Source of the DNA: Pelagibacteraceae bacterium AG-422-C23
GTDB lineage: Bacteria > Pseudomonadota > Alphaproteobacteria > Pelagibacterales > Pelagibacteraceae
Reading direction: 5' to 3'
Length of the DNA: 64,000 bases
Assembly: GCA_003213695.1 (NCBI GenBank)
Contig: QCMO01000002.1
Span: 5,287 to 69,286, forward strand
The position numbers and the translations under genes were made by a program. Shown here in pieces: positions 11,424 through 20,881 of this stretch (position 1 is its first letter; the number at the start of each line of letters is the position of its first letter). The notes beneath the pieces are model-generated. The model saw only the letters and a program-made list of their open reading frames with translations, did not search any database and was not told the origin of the DNA.

Positions 11424-12443
11424 ATGAATAAGACTGATGCATTAATTATTGGAGCAGGACCTACTGGGCTGTTCACAGCTCATCAATTAAAATTGATTGG
11501 TTTAAATTGTGAGATCGTTGATAACTTAGATAAAATTGGTGGTCAGTGTATTGAACTTTATCCAGATAAACCAATTTATGATATTCCGGCTGTGCCAGAG
11601 TGCACTGGAGAAGAATTAACCAATAATTTAATTAATCAAATAAAACCTTTTAATATTAAATTTCATTTAAGTGAAAGAGTCGATGAGGTAAAAAAAGAGG
11701 GAGGAAACTGGATTGTTAAAACAAATAATGGTACAATATTTCAAACTCCAAATGTAATAATAGCAGGTGGCGTAGGTTCATTTGAGCCAAGAAAATTTCC
11801 AGTTAAAGAGTGTGAGAAATTTGAGAATAAGTCAGTATTTTATTCAATAAGAGACAAGAACATATTTAAAGGTAAAACCGTAACAATATTTGGTGGTGGT
11901 GATAGTGCTTTAGATTGGGCAGTTGAGCTGTCAAAAAATTCAAATGTGAATTTAGTTCACAGAAGAGATGATTTTAGAGGCGCGCAGGCAACTGTTGATA
12001 AAGTACATGAGCTAGCGAAAGAGGGTAAAATAAATCTTTATACAAAATATCAAATGACTTTAATAGAAGGAGAAAAACAATTGGAAAGTATAGACATTAA
12101 AAGTGATGATAAAGATGTTAAAACTCTTAAAACTGACTATGCATTAGGTTTCTTTGGTTTAATTATGCAGCTTGGTCCAATAGCAAACTGGGGTTTAAAT
12201 ATTGACAAAAAAACTATTGAAGTAGACACAGAAAAATTTGAAACAAATCAGAAGGGTATTTATGCAGTTGGTGATATTTGCACTTACCCTGGAAAATTAA
12301 AACTTATATTATCAGGTTTTCATGAGGGAGCTTTAGCAGCAAGAGCATGTTTTAAGTTAGCTAGACCAAATGAAAAATATAGATTTGAATTCACAACCTC
12401 ATCCAAAACTATCAAAGATCGTCTCGGTGTAAAAAGTGATTGA
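11424..12443 (+). CDS. Ferredoxin-NADP+ reductase (TrxB-like)
   Basis: GAGPTG, LYPDKPIYD, GGGDSALDW, HRR; no CxxC. Confidence 0.88.
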   Translation: MNKTDALIIGAGPTGLFTAHQLKLIGLNCEIVDNLDKIGGQCIELYPDKPIYDIPAVPECTGEELTNNLINQIKPFNIKFHLSERVDEVKKEGGNWIVKTNNGTIFQTPNVIIAGGVGSFEPRKFPVKECEKFENKSVFYSIRDKNIFKGKTVTIFGGGDSALDWAVELSKNSNVNLVHRRDDFRGAQATVDKVHELAKEGKINLYTKYQMTLIEGEKQLESIDIKSDDKDVKTLKTDYALGFFGLIMQLGPIANWGLNIDKKTIEVDTEKFETNQKGIYAVGDICTYPGKLKLILSGFHEGALAARACFKLARPNEKYRFEFTTSSKTIKDRLGVKSD

Positions 12444-13062
12444 GCTATTTTCAGCTGATACTCCTAATGGAAAAAAAATCAGTATCATGCTTGAAGAAAT
12501 TGGATACAATTATAAATTAACTAAAATAGATATATCTAATGGAGAGCAATTTAATCCTGAATTTGTAAAGATAAGTCCGTTTAGTAAAATTCCAGTTATT
12601 ATTGATCACGATAATAGTGAGAGTATTTTTGAATCGGGAGCAATTTTAATTTATTTAGCAGAGAAGAGTGACAAATTTTACGACAAACAAGATCGAATTA
12701 AAATTAATCAATGGCTAATGGCACAAATGGGATATGTAGGTCCCATGATAGGTCAACACCACCAATTTCATCACTACAATCCTGGTAAAAGTGAATTTGG
12801 TGAGAAAAGATATTTTAAAATTACAAAAAAAATTTATCAAGATCTTGATAACCGTCTAGAAAATTCTAAATATCTTGCTGGAGAAAAATATTCAATAGCA
12901 GATATTGCAACATGGCCATGGATCGCTAGACATGAATGGCATGATATAGGACTAAAAAATTATAAAAATTTATCTAGGTGGTATTTAAATATTGCTAATC
13001 GGCAAGCTGTCATTAAAGGATATGATCTTTATAACAATGGCTCGAGTATTCCAAAAATTTAA
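12436..13062 (+). CDS. Glutathione S-transferase (YfcG-like)
   Basis: TPNGKK, KIPVI, FESGAILIYL, YSIADIATWPW. Confidence 0.9.
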   Translation: MIELFSADTPNGKKISIMLEEIGYNYKLTKIDISNGEQFNPEFVKISPFSKIPVIIDHDNSESIFESGAILIYLAEKSDKFYDKQDRIKINQWLMAQMGYVGPMIGQHHQFHHYNPGKSEFGEKRYFKITKKIYQDLDNRLENSKYLAGEKYSIADIATWPWIARHEWHDIGLKNYKNLSRWYLNIANRQAVIKGYDLYNNGSSIPKI

Positions 13063-13890
13063 TTAAAATTTACCTTTTTTATCAGATCCTTTATAGAAAA
13101 TTTCTTGGAGATAATCATTTTCTTGTTTTTTTAATTGAATATCCTTTTCTTCTAATAATTTTTGAGGTCTTCCAATTTTTTCATGATAGTTAAATTTATC
13201 AACTCCTCTTGCCAGTTGTACGCTATTTTTGCCAAGAACTTGTTTTACATCTGTGCCTATATAACTTTGAATTACAAATCCTATTCTTCTATCATTACTT
13301 TTATTTAGCTCTGAACCATGGACAACTGTTGGATGATGTAGGGACATTTGTCCAGCCTTTAAGATTAAAGGAGTTGTTTTTTCTTTAGGCACATTTTTGA
13401 CAGTTTGTCCTCTAGTTAATAAATTTCCTTCATTAAACTTTTGATCATGATCTTTAAGATTATCTTTATGTGAACCTGACCACATTCTCATACATCCATT
13501 TTCCTCATTGGAATCAGTTATAGCAACCCATGCAGTTACCCAATTATGGGGTTCTAACCCTATATATTTTGCATCTTGGTGGTAGCTTACAAATCCTTTT
13601 TCGTAAGCATTTTTAATAAATAAAGTCGTTCCACAAACTAAAATATTTTCACCTATTAAACTCTGAACTGCATCTAAAATATTTGAGTTATGTGTAACTT
13701 CATCCAACAATGGTGAAATCAAATGCGCATTGTATCTACCAGAATTTTTTAGTTCTTCAGGCATTTTGTTTTCAATTATTTCGATTTCATTTCTAATTTC
13801 TTTAGCCTTATCTTTTGAAAAAATATTTATTGGAGAAACAAATCCTTCATCTTCATACTGTTTGAGTTGATTTGATGATAGATAAGACAT
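13063..13890 (-). CDS. PhyH-family Fe(II)/2-oxoglutarate dioxygenase
   Basis: HQD...H facial triad (YHQDA, VVHGS), NGCM, DRR. Confidence 0.88.
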   Translation of the reverse strand: MSYLSSNQLKQYEDEGFVSPINIFSKDKAKEIRNEIEIIENKMPEELKNSGRYNAHLISPLLDEVTHNSNILDAVQSLIGENILVCGTTLFIKNAYEKGFVSYHQDAKYIGLEPHNWVTAWVAITDSNEENGCMRMWSGSHKDNLKDHDQKFNEGNLLTRGQTVKNVPKEKTTPLILKAGQMSLHHPTVVHGSELNKSNDRRIGFVIQSYIGTDVKQVLGKNSVQLARGVDKFNYHEKIGRPQKLLEEKDIQLKKQENDYLQEIFYKGSDKKGKF

Positions 13891-13906
13891 ATTATTAAAA
13901 GATTAT

Positions 13907-14692
13907 ATGAGCATATCAATTTCTTCAATAAATTATTGCCCTGTTAAATCTATTTCTTTTCAAAGTATCAAAAGATGTGAAATAAGAAAAAATATTGGAA
14001 TTGTTGGGGATAGAATTTTTGCTTTTTCCAAAGGTTTAGATTTTAATCAAGCACAATTATTTGAAAAAAAACTTGAGGAAAGAAGAGGAAAATGGAACAA
14101 AATTTTAACTTTAAAAAATTCGCCTTCCTTAAATAAATATAATTTTTTACTAGATAATGACAAACTAACTTTAACTCAAAATAATAATGAAATTTTAACT
14201 ATAAATAGTAATGAAAGACAGAAGTATGAATTACTTTCAAATAAAATCTTAGACTTGGAAAGCTCTCTTCAAAAACCTATATTTTTGATGAACAATAATG
14301 ACATCCCTTTTTTTGATACATCAATATCAAATAAGACTCTTTTAACTCATTCAGTATCTCTTATAAATATAAAAAGTATTGAGGATTTTAGAAATAAAAC
14401 TAATCAAGAAATTGAGACTCAAAGATTCAGAGGTAATATATATTTTGATGGAATTGAAGCATGGGAAGAAAGAAACTGGATTGGAAAAATTATTAAAATA
14501 AATGATATCTCATTTAAAGTAGAAAAAAATATTCCAAGATGTGTCGCAATTAATTTAAAACCAAATACGGCTGATGATAGTTTGAATTTACTTCAATCTC
14601 TTAAAAAAAATTACAATCATTTTGATATGGGAGTTTATTTGACAGCGCTAGATAATGGATTAATTAATATTGGGGACAATATTTCACTATAG
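13907..14692 (+). CDS. MOSC domain protein
   Basis: YCPVKS, GDR, RFRGNI, PRCVAIN, MGVY. Confidence 0.87.
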   Translation: MSISISSINYCPVKSISFQSIKRCEIRKNIGIVGDRIFAFSKGLDFNQAQLFEKKLEERRGKWNKILTLKNSPSLNKYNFLLDNDKLTLTQNNNEILTINSNERQKYELLSNKILDLESSLQKPIFLMNNNDIPFFDTSISNKTLLTHSVSLINIKSIEDFRNKTNQEIETQRFRGNIYFDGIEAWEERNWIGKIIKINDISFKVEKNIPRCVAINLKPNTADDSLNLLQSLKKNYNHFDMGVYLTALDNGLINIGDNISL

Positions 14693-14789
14693 AATTTTTA
14701 CAATCAACTTCAGATTGAAATTTTTCAACTATACTTTTTAAATCATTTTTGATTAAATTATTTTTTAATTAAAAATAGGGGAGAAAAAA

Positions 14790-15635
14790 ATGAGTAAAAT
14801 ATTTAAATCATTAACAGTTTTACTTGTGCTTCTTTTTTCAATTTCTACTGTAAGTGCGAAAACTCTTACAGAAAGACTTGCGGATGGACACAAATTAAGA
14901 CTTGGTTTTGGAACAGCTGTGCCATGGGCTTATGCTGGAGATGGTGGTGAGGCTTTAGGCTTTGTTAACATGATAGCATTAACAGTTTTAGAAGAAATGG
15001 GAATTACTGAACATGAAACTAAAGTTTTTGAATGGTCAGGATTAATTCCAGGATTGAATGCAGACCGTGCGGATATGATTACAGGTGGTATGTACATTTT
15101 AAAGAGCAGATGTGAAAACATGGACTTTTCAGATCCTATCGGGGTTTTTGGAGACGCAATGCTAGTTCCAAAAGGAAATCCAAAAAATATTAACAACTAT
15201 GCTGATGTTATTTCAACTGGTGCAAAATTAGTAACTGGTACAGGATTTAATACTGTAGAGGCTGCTAAAAAATATGGTGTACCAGATAGCCAAATGCTTT
15301 TAGTTGAAGGAGAAGTTGGAATTTTAGCTGCAATGAAAGCTGGAAGAGCAGATGTTGCAGTTCAAACATTCTTCGGTGCTAAAGAGCATGAGAAAAAAAC
15401 TAATGGTAAATTTGAGGTAACTGATCCTAAATTAATGCCTAAAGAAACTTTAAACGTTGTAGGTATTGGATTTAGAAAAGGTGATGACAAATTTAGAGAA
15501 GCATTTAATGCTGCTCTAGCTAAAGTTATGGCTAACCCAGCAACTATGTTGAAAAGAGCTGGAGAATATGGGTATGATAAAGCTCAATTACCTCCACCTG
15601 ACATGAGTACGGCTTGGGCTTGTTCAACTAAATAA
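14790..15635 (+). CDS. ehuB: Polar amino acid ABC substrate-binding protein, EhuB-like
   Basis: Signal peptide; WSGLIPGL...RADMITGGMYI..RC..FSDP, VPKGNPK; operon with EhuC/D/A-like genes. Confidence 0.7.
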   Translation: MSKIFKSLTVLLVLLFSISTVSAKTLTERLADGHKLRLGFGTAVPWAYAGDGGEALGFVNMIALTVLEEMGITEHETKVFEWSGLIPGLNADRADMITGGMYILKSRCENMDFSDPIGVFGDAMLVPKGNPKNINNYADVISTGAKLVTGTGFNTVEAAKKYGVPDSQMLLVEGEVGILAAMKAGRADVAVQTFFGAKEHEKKTNGKFEVTDPKLMPKETLNVVGIGFRKGDDKFREAFNAALAKVMANPATMLKRAGEYGYDKAQLPPPDMSTAWACSTK

Positions 15636-15655
15636 TTTAATAAGCTATTAAAAAT

Positions 15656-15690
15656 AAACCAGGCAACAATTAAGTTGCCTGGTTTTTATA
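15656..15690 (+). terminator. Hairpin after SBP gene (attenuator or mRNA stabiliser)
   Basis: AAACCAGGCAAC-AATTAA-GTTGCCTGGTTT plus T tail. Confidence 0.8.
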
Positions 15691-15707
15691 AATCTAAAGG
15701 AATTACT

Positions 15708-16379
15708 TTGACATATTTTGAATTTTTAAATGAACATGGAATTACTCTTTTACTAGGGACTGTAACAACTGTGAAGGTTCTTGTTTGTTCAATGATTCTT
15801 TATGTGATTATTTCTATGATTTTTGGTTTAATGAGGCTTTCAAAAAATTCAATAATACAAGGCACAGCCACTGTTTATATAGAATTTTTTAGAGGCACAT
15901 CTCTTTTAGTACAATTATTTTGGGCATACTATGTTTTACCATTTTTTGGAATATCATTAGAAGCTTTTACTGCAGGTGTAGTAGCTCTGGGTCTGAATTT
16001 TGGAGCATATGGTGCTGAAATAGTTAGAGCTGGAATACTTGCGGTACCTAAGGGACAATGGGAGGCAGCTCATTCATTAAATTTTACTCCAGCAAAAAGA
16101 ATTAAAAGAATTATTATTCCTCAAATATTTCCAATTATATTGCCACCAGCTGCAAATTTAACTGTAGAATTATTGAAAGCTACTGCATTAGTAGCATTAG
16201 TTACCGTGGTTGATCTTACTTTTGAAGCAAAACAAATTAACTCTATAACGTGGTTATCAGCACAATGTTTTGGAACAGCATTACTTATTTATTACATAAT
16301 GGCTAGATTTGCATTGGTCCCATTTTTAAGATGGTTAGAAGTCTTAGCAGCTAGAAAAGTTGGAAAGGAGAAAGCTTAA
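15708..16379 (+). CDS. ehuC: ABC permease, EhuC-like
   Basis: YIEFFRGTSLLVQLFW, AYGAEIVR, GQWEA; TTG start after AAGGA chosen because the longer ORF start lies inside the hairpin. Confidence 0.75.
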   Translation: MTYFEFLNEHGITLLLGTVTTVKVLVCSMILYVIISMIFGLMRLSKNSIIQGTATVYIEFFRGTSLLVQLFWAYYVLPFFGISLEAFTAGVVALGLNFGAYGAEIVRAGILAVPKGQWEAAHSLNFTPAKRIKRIIIPQIFPIILPPAANLTVELLKATALVALVTVVDLTFEAKQINSITWLSAQCFGTALLIYYIMARFALVPFLRWLEVLAARKVGKEKA

Positions 16380-16382
16380 ATC

Positions 16383-17060
16383 ATGGAAATGGGTTGGAGA
16401 TGGGATTTTACTTATGAAATATTGCCTCAAATGGCAATTGCAACACTTAATACTATACTTGCAGCTGGCGTAGGTTATGCAATTGCTCTGATTGTTGGAT
16501 TATTTTTTTTATTAGCTCAAAGAACTCCCTCTAAAATTTTTAACTGGGTTAATAGAGAATTAGTTGAGTTTATAAGATCAACACCACTTCTAATACAATT
16601 ATTTTTTGTATATTTCGTACTACCACAGTTTGGTATTACTTTATCTGCTTGGGTGTGTGGAATGATTACTATTGGTCTTCATTTTGGAACATATATGTCA
16701 GAAGTATATCGTGGAGCACTTGAAGGAGTTTCAAAAACACAATGGGAAGCTTGCAGAGCTTTAAATTTTTCCACAATTTACACATATAGAAGAATAGTTC
16801 TGCCTCAGGCATTTCCTATAGCTATTCCCGGAATGGGAAATTATTTAGTTGGGATATTTAAAGATACCCCACTTTTATCAACGATTGGTGTTGCAGAATT
16901 ATTCCATGCGGCAACAGCAGTTGGTGGTTATAATTATAGATATTTAGAGCCTTATACTTTAGTGGGCATCATATTTTTGACGCTATCAATTCCCGCAGCA
17001 ATGTGGGTTAGAAAACTTGAAAGAGATGTTAATATATCCCAAGGTAAAATAAAAAAATAG
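16383..17060 (+). CDS. ehuD: ABC permease, EhuD-like
   Basis: N-terminal WRWDF, EFIRSTPLLIQL, YMSEVYR, FKDTP. Confidence 0.75.
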   Translation: MEMGWRWDFTYEILPQMAIATLNTILAAGVGYAIALIVGLFFLLAQRTPSKIFNWVNRELVEFIRSTPLLIQLFFVYFVLPQFGITLSAWVCGMITIGLHFGTYMSEVYRGALEGVSKTQWEACRALNFSTIYTYRRIVLPQAFPIAIPGMGNYLVGIFKDTPLLSTIGVAELFHAATAVGGYNYRYLEPYTLVGIIFLTLSIPAAMWVRKLERDVNISQGKIKK

Positions 17061-17063
17061 ATT

Positions 17064-17855
17064 ATGAAAAAAAACAATTCAGATGAAATTATAGTTAAGT
17101 TTGATGAAGTAACAAAACAATATGGTGATTTAATTGTTTTAGATAAACTTAATCTAGAAATTAAAAAGAATGAAATGGTTTCAATTATAGGTCCATCTGG
17201 ATCAGGAAAAACAACAGTATTGAGAGTTTTAATGACTTTGGAAAAGATAAACGGTGGAGTAATCCATTTAGATGGTGAGCCTTTAACACATATGGATTCA
17301 AATGGGAGCTTAGTTGAAGCTAATGAAAAATATCTAAGAGAAAGAAGATCAAAAATAGGTATGGTTTTTCAACAATTTAATTTGTTTCCACACATGACAG
17401 CCTTACAAAATTGTATAGAGGCTCCAGTTGAAGTATTAGGTATGAAAAAAGAAGAGGCAGAGGAAAGAGCCTTAAAATTATTAGAACTTGTTGGTCTTAC
17501 AGATAAAAAAGATCAACACCCAAGTAGATTATCGGGTGGACAACAACAAAGGGTAGCGATCGCAAGAGCTTTAGCTATGAGACCTAAAGTAATGCTATTA
17601 GATGAAATAACGTCAGCGCTAGATCCCGAAGTTGTTGGTGAGGTTTTAAATGTTATAAGATCCTTAAACGAAGAACACAGCTTAACCATGATAATGGTCA
17701 CTCATCAAATGGGGTTCGCTAGAGAAATTTCAGATAGAGTATGTTTTTTTAATGAAGGAAAAATTTTTGAACAAGGTCCTCCTGAAAAATTGTTTGGAGA
17801 TCCACAAAATGAGAGAACTAAACAATTTTTGCATGCAGTTTTAGATGCAAATTAG
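17064..17855 (+). CDS. ehuA: ABC ATPase, EhuA-like
   Basis: GPSGSGKTTVLRVLMTLE, LSGGQQQR, DEITSALDPE. Confidence 0.8.
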   Translation: MKKNNSDEIIVKFDEVTKQYGDLIVLDKLNLEIKKNEMVSIIGPSGSGKTTVLRVLMTLEKINGGVIHLDGEPLTHMDSNGSLVEANEKYLRERRSKIGMVFQQFNLFPHMTALQNCIEAPVEVLGMKKEEAEERALKLLELVGLTDKKDQHPSRLSGGQQQRVAIARALAMRPKVMLLDEITSALDPEVVGEVLNVIRSLNEEHSLTMIMVTHQMGFAREISDRVCFFNEGKIFEQGPPEKLFGDPQNERTKQFLHAVLDAN

Positions 17856-17956
17856 TTCATAGAACTTAAAAGTCTCATTAACGAACTTATAATTCCATAA
17901 CCTGATAATTCTATAGCAAGAATTATAATAACAATTAAAACAAGTTTTTTATTCAT
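17852..17956 (-). CDS. Putative 34-aa membrane peptide
   Basis: MNKKLVLIVIIILAIELSGYGIISSLMRLLSSMN; ATG overlaps the upstream TGA (ATGA). Confidence 0.5.
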   Translation of the reverse strand: MNKKLVLIVIIILAIELSGYGIISSLMRLLSSMN

Positions 17957-18084
17957 CTAGTAAATACGAATGTTAATAAAAGAATCCAAAAGAAAGCATA
18001 ATAAAAGTAAATGTACTTCTTTGTAAAATTGTAAGTAATTGGATTATGTACAGTCTTATTTTTTTTTCTTTTTTTTCTAGTCAT
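17953..18084 (-). CDS. Putative 43-aa basic membrane peptide
   Basis: MTRKKRKKNKTVHNPITYNFTKKYIYFYYAFFWILLLTFVFTR; start overlaps the dksA 3' end. Confidence 0.5.
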   Translation of the reverse strand: MTRKKRKKNKTVHNPITYNFTKKYIYFYYAFFWILLLTFVFTR

Positions 18085-18601
18085 CAGCATGCACCTTTTC
18101 ATCTTTTTCATGTTTTTCTTGAGCAGCGATGGTATATTTTGCAACTGGTCTTGCCATTAGTCTTTTTAGTCCTATAGGTTCTGCTGTATCTAAACAATAC
18201 CCATAAGTATCATCCTTAATTCTTAATAAAGCTTTTTCTATTTCTGAAATTAATTTAATTTGTCTATTTATTGCTTTCATCTCAACATTTTTATCAGTGT
18301 AAGAACTGGCTTGATCAACTATATCTGCAGAAATACTATTATCATCCATACTTCCATTGTAAAGTGCTTCATTATTAGATTTAACTAACTCTTTTTTCCA
18401 TTCTTGTAATTTTATTCTGAAAAAAACTTTATGCTTTTCACACATATATTTTTCGGTTTCTTTTGGAATGTATGTTTTAGAAATTTTTATTGGGCCTTTA
18501 CTTATTTCTTTCGGTTTACTAGTTATCTTAATTTTTGGTTTCGCAACAACTTTACTTCTTACTTTTGTAGCTTTTTTTTTTACTTTGCTTGTTTTAGGCA
18601 T
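18077..18601 (-). CDS. dksA: RNA polymerase-binding factor DksA
   Basis: DxxDxA tip (DIVDQA), YGYC..T.EPIG..RL.ARP; start taken at MPKTS. Confidence 0.9.
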   Translation of the reverse strand: MPKTSKVKKKATKVRSKVVAKPKIKITSKPKEISKGPIKISKTYIPKETEKYMCEKHKVFFRIKLQEWKKELVKSNNEALYNGSMDDNSISADIVDQASSYTDKNVEMKAINRQIKLISEIEKALLRIKDDTYGYCLDTAEPIGLKRLMARPVAKYTIAAQEKHEKDEKVHADD

Positions 18602-18680
18602 ATTTTCAAATTGAATTCGAGGGAGTATATTCAGCAAAATAGGGGTGTCAAGTAAGGTTAATTATTGTAAATAATTAATA

Positions 18681-20003
18681 ATGAATGTTCTAAATAGAAA
18701 TATTAATAATATATTTTTTATTTTTGCACTTTCTCATTTAATTGTTTGGACATTTGTTCCTACTATTACAAATGAGAATTTGCCTCTTGATGTAATAGAG
18801 GCATTAGCTTGGGGAAGTAATTTAGATTGGGGATTTAATAAACATCCACCAGGAAGTGCTTTTTTTCCAGAAATTTTTTTTCAAATTTTTGGTGCACAGG
18901 ATTGGGCATTTTATTTTTTAAGTTCAATATTTGTTATAATTTCTTTTTTCTTTGTTTTCAAACTTGCGCAAGAAATTTTAGGAAATATCAAATTAAGTTT
19001 AATATCTGTTTTAATATTAGAATCTATATTTTTTTATAATTTCACTTCACCAGAGTTTAATGTAAATGTTTGCCAATTACCATTTTGGTCATTGGTTGGT
19101 TATTATTCTTGGAAAATTTATAATGCTAGAGAAATTAGTTTTTTAGATTGTTTTTTAGTTGGTTTTTTTGGTGCAATTGGTTTTTTATCAAAATACTTAT
19201 TTATTTATCTTTTATTATCAGTAGTGCTACTTTTTATTTATTTAATATTGATAAAACGAAATAAAAAGTTTGATTTTAAATATTTAATAACTTTAGAGGT
19301 TTTTGTTGTCTTATTGGTTCCACACTTTATTTGGCTTTTAGATAATGATTTTATAACTATTTCATATGGACTTAAGAGATCTGGCCTAGAGGATTCCCAA
19401 ATAATAGATCATATTAAATACCCACTTATTTTCTTAATTAAACAAATAGGAATACTTATTCCATTTTTCTTTTTAGTTTGGTTATTAATAAAAAAAATTA
19501 AATTCAAATTAAACTTAAAGGATAAAAAGTTTCTTTTTTTAATTTCTATAAGTATTTTGCCTATTCTTTTAATTTTTATTACATCCATTATTACTGGATC
19601 AAAAATAAGAACAATGTGGATGACACCTTTTTACTTATTTTTTGGAATATTTTTTGTTTATCTATTTCAATCTCAAATTGACTTAAAAAAAATTAATTCT
19701 TTTTTATATGGTTTCTTATTTTTATTTTTTTTATCACCAATTATTTATTCTTATATTTCAATCACAGAAAAAGACAAAAGGACTGATTATCCAGGGAAGG
19801 AGATGGCCACAAAAGTCCAATTAATTTGGAGTCAAAATTTTGAAAAAGAAATTGAGTTTGTAACAGGCGACGAGTGGAAGGCAGGAAATCTCTCATATCA
19901 TTTGAAATCCAGACCTAAATGGGAAGGCCCAACTAATAATGACATTCTTAATAGTTCATCGCAATTCATCTGTGTGGACGATGTTTGCTTAGGAAGATAT
20001 TAA
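18681..20003 (+). CDS. GT-C fold membrane glycosyltransferase (GT39/ArnT/RgtA-like)
   Basis: Multiple TM helices; D..E..AWG...GFNKHPP, LSKY, PHFIWL. Confidence 0.8.
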   Translation: MNVLNRNINNIFFIFALSHLIVWTFVPTITNENLPLDVIEALAWGSNLDWGFNKHPPGSAFFPEIFFQIFGAQDWAFYFLSSIFVIISFFFVFKLAQEILGNIKLSLISVLILESIFFYNFTSPEFNVNVCQLPFWSLVGYYSWKIYNAREISFLDCFLVGFFGAIGFLSKYLFIYLLLSVVLLFIYLILIKRNKKFDFKYLITLEVFVVLLVPHFIWLLDNDFITISYGLKRSGLEDSQIIDHIKYPLIFLIKQIGILIPFFFLVWLLIKKIKFKLNLKDKKFLFLISISILPILLIFITSIITGSKIRTMWMTPFYLFFGIFFVYLFQSQIDLKKINSFLYGFLFLFFLSPIIYSYISITEKDKRTDYPGKEMATKVQLIWSQNFEKEIEFVTGDEWKAGNLSYHLKSRPKWEGPTNNDILNSSSQFICVDDVCLGRY

Positions 20004-20011
20004 AGAAAATT

Positions 20012-20881
20012 ATGAAAATTAAAATTTTAATACCTCTATTTAATGACTGGCAATCTACTTCTAAATTAATAGATGAAATTAACCAATTACAGGCAATTTC
20101 AAATTTTGAAATTTCAATAGTTATTATCAACGATGCATCTAACCATGATCGTCTTAATGAAGAAAAGTCTTTAGAAAATATTAAATCAATAAAAATTTTA
20201 AATATGAAAAAAAATCAAGGTCATGCAAGATGTATAGCAACAGGTCTAAAATATATTTATGAAAAAGAAGATTTTGATTTTGTAATTCCAATGGATGGAG
20301 ATGGAGAAGATAGACCAGAGGAAATAGATGAATTTATTAAACAAATTGAAAATGCAAATGGTAGGCCCATCGTTGGTATAAGAGTAAGAAGATCAGAGGG
20401 TTTACTATTTCAGATATGTTATAAAATTCATAAACTTATTACTTACACATTTACTGGAAAATCAATTAAATTTGGAAATTTTACTTGTTTACCAAAAACT
20501 ACGGTTAAAAAAATGATTAATGAAAAATCCACCTGGAATAGTTTTTCAGGGTCATTAAGTAAAATAGAAGACAATTTATTCTCAATCTCATCTGTAAGGG
20601 GGACTAGATACTTTGGACCATCTAAAATGAGTTTTTATAATTTAATAAAACATTCACTCTCTATTATTAGTGTTTTTAGAAAAACTTTTTTAATTCGTTC
20701 AGCTTTATTTATAATTTTATATATACTATTTATTAAAAGCAATGCCTCAATAATAACTTCAATTCCTTTAGTATTTTTATTAATAGCTGTTTATGCAGTT
20801 TCAAATTTAGCTTTAAGAGAGAACATGGATGAATTTGATAAGGCTTTATCAAATATAAATGATATTGAAAAAATTAAATGA
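20012..20881 (+). CDS. GT2 glycosyltransferase (polyprenyl-phosphate sugar synthase-like)
   Basis: LIPLFND, INDAS, NQGH, MDGDGED, R..G.SKMS; two C-terminal TM helices. Confidence 0.85.
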   Translation: MKIKILIPLFNDWQSTSKLIDEINQLQAISNFEISIVIINDASNHDRLNEEKSLENIKSIKILNMKKNQGHARCIATGLKYIYEKEDFDFVIPMDGDGEDRPEEIDEFIKQIENANGRPIVGIRVRRSEGLLFQICYKIHKLITYTFTGKSIKFGNFTCLPKTTVKKMINEKSTWNSFSGSLSKIEDNLFSISSVRGTRYFGPSKMSFYNLIKHSLSIISVFRKTFLIRSALFIILYILFIKSNASIITSIPLVFLLIAVYAVSNLALRENMDEFDKALSNINDIEKIK

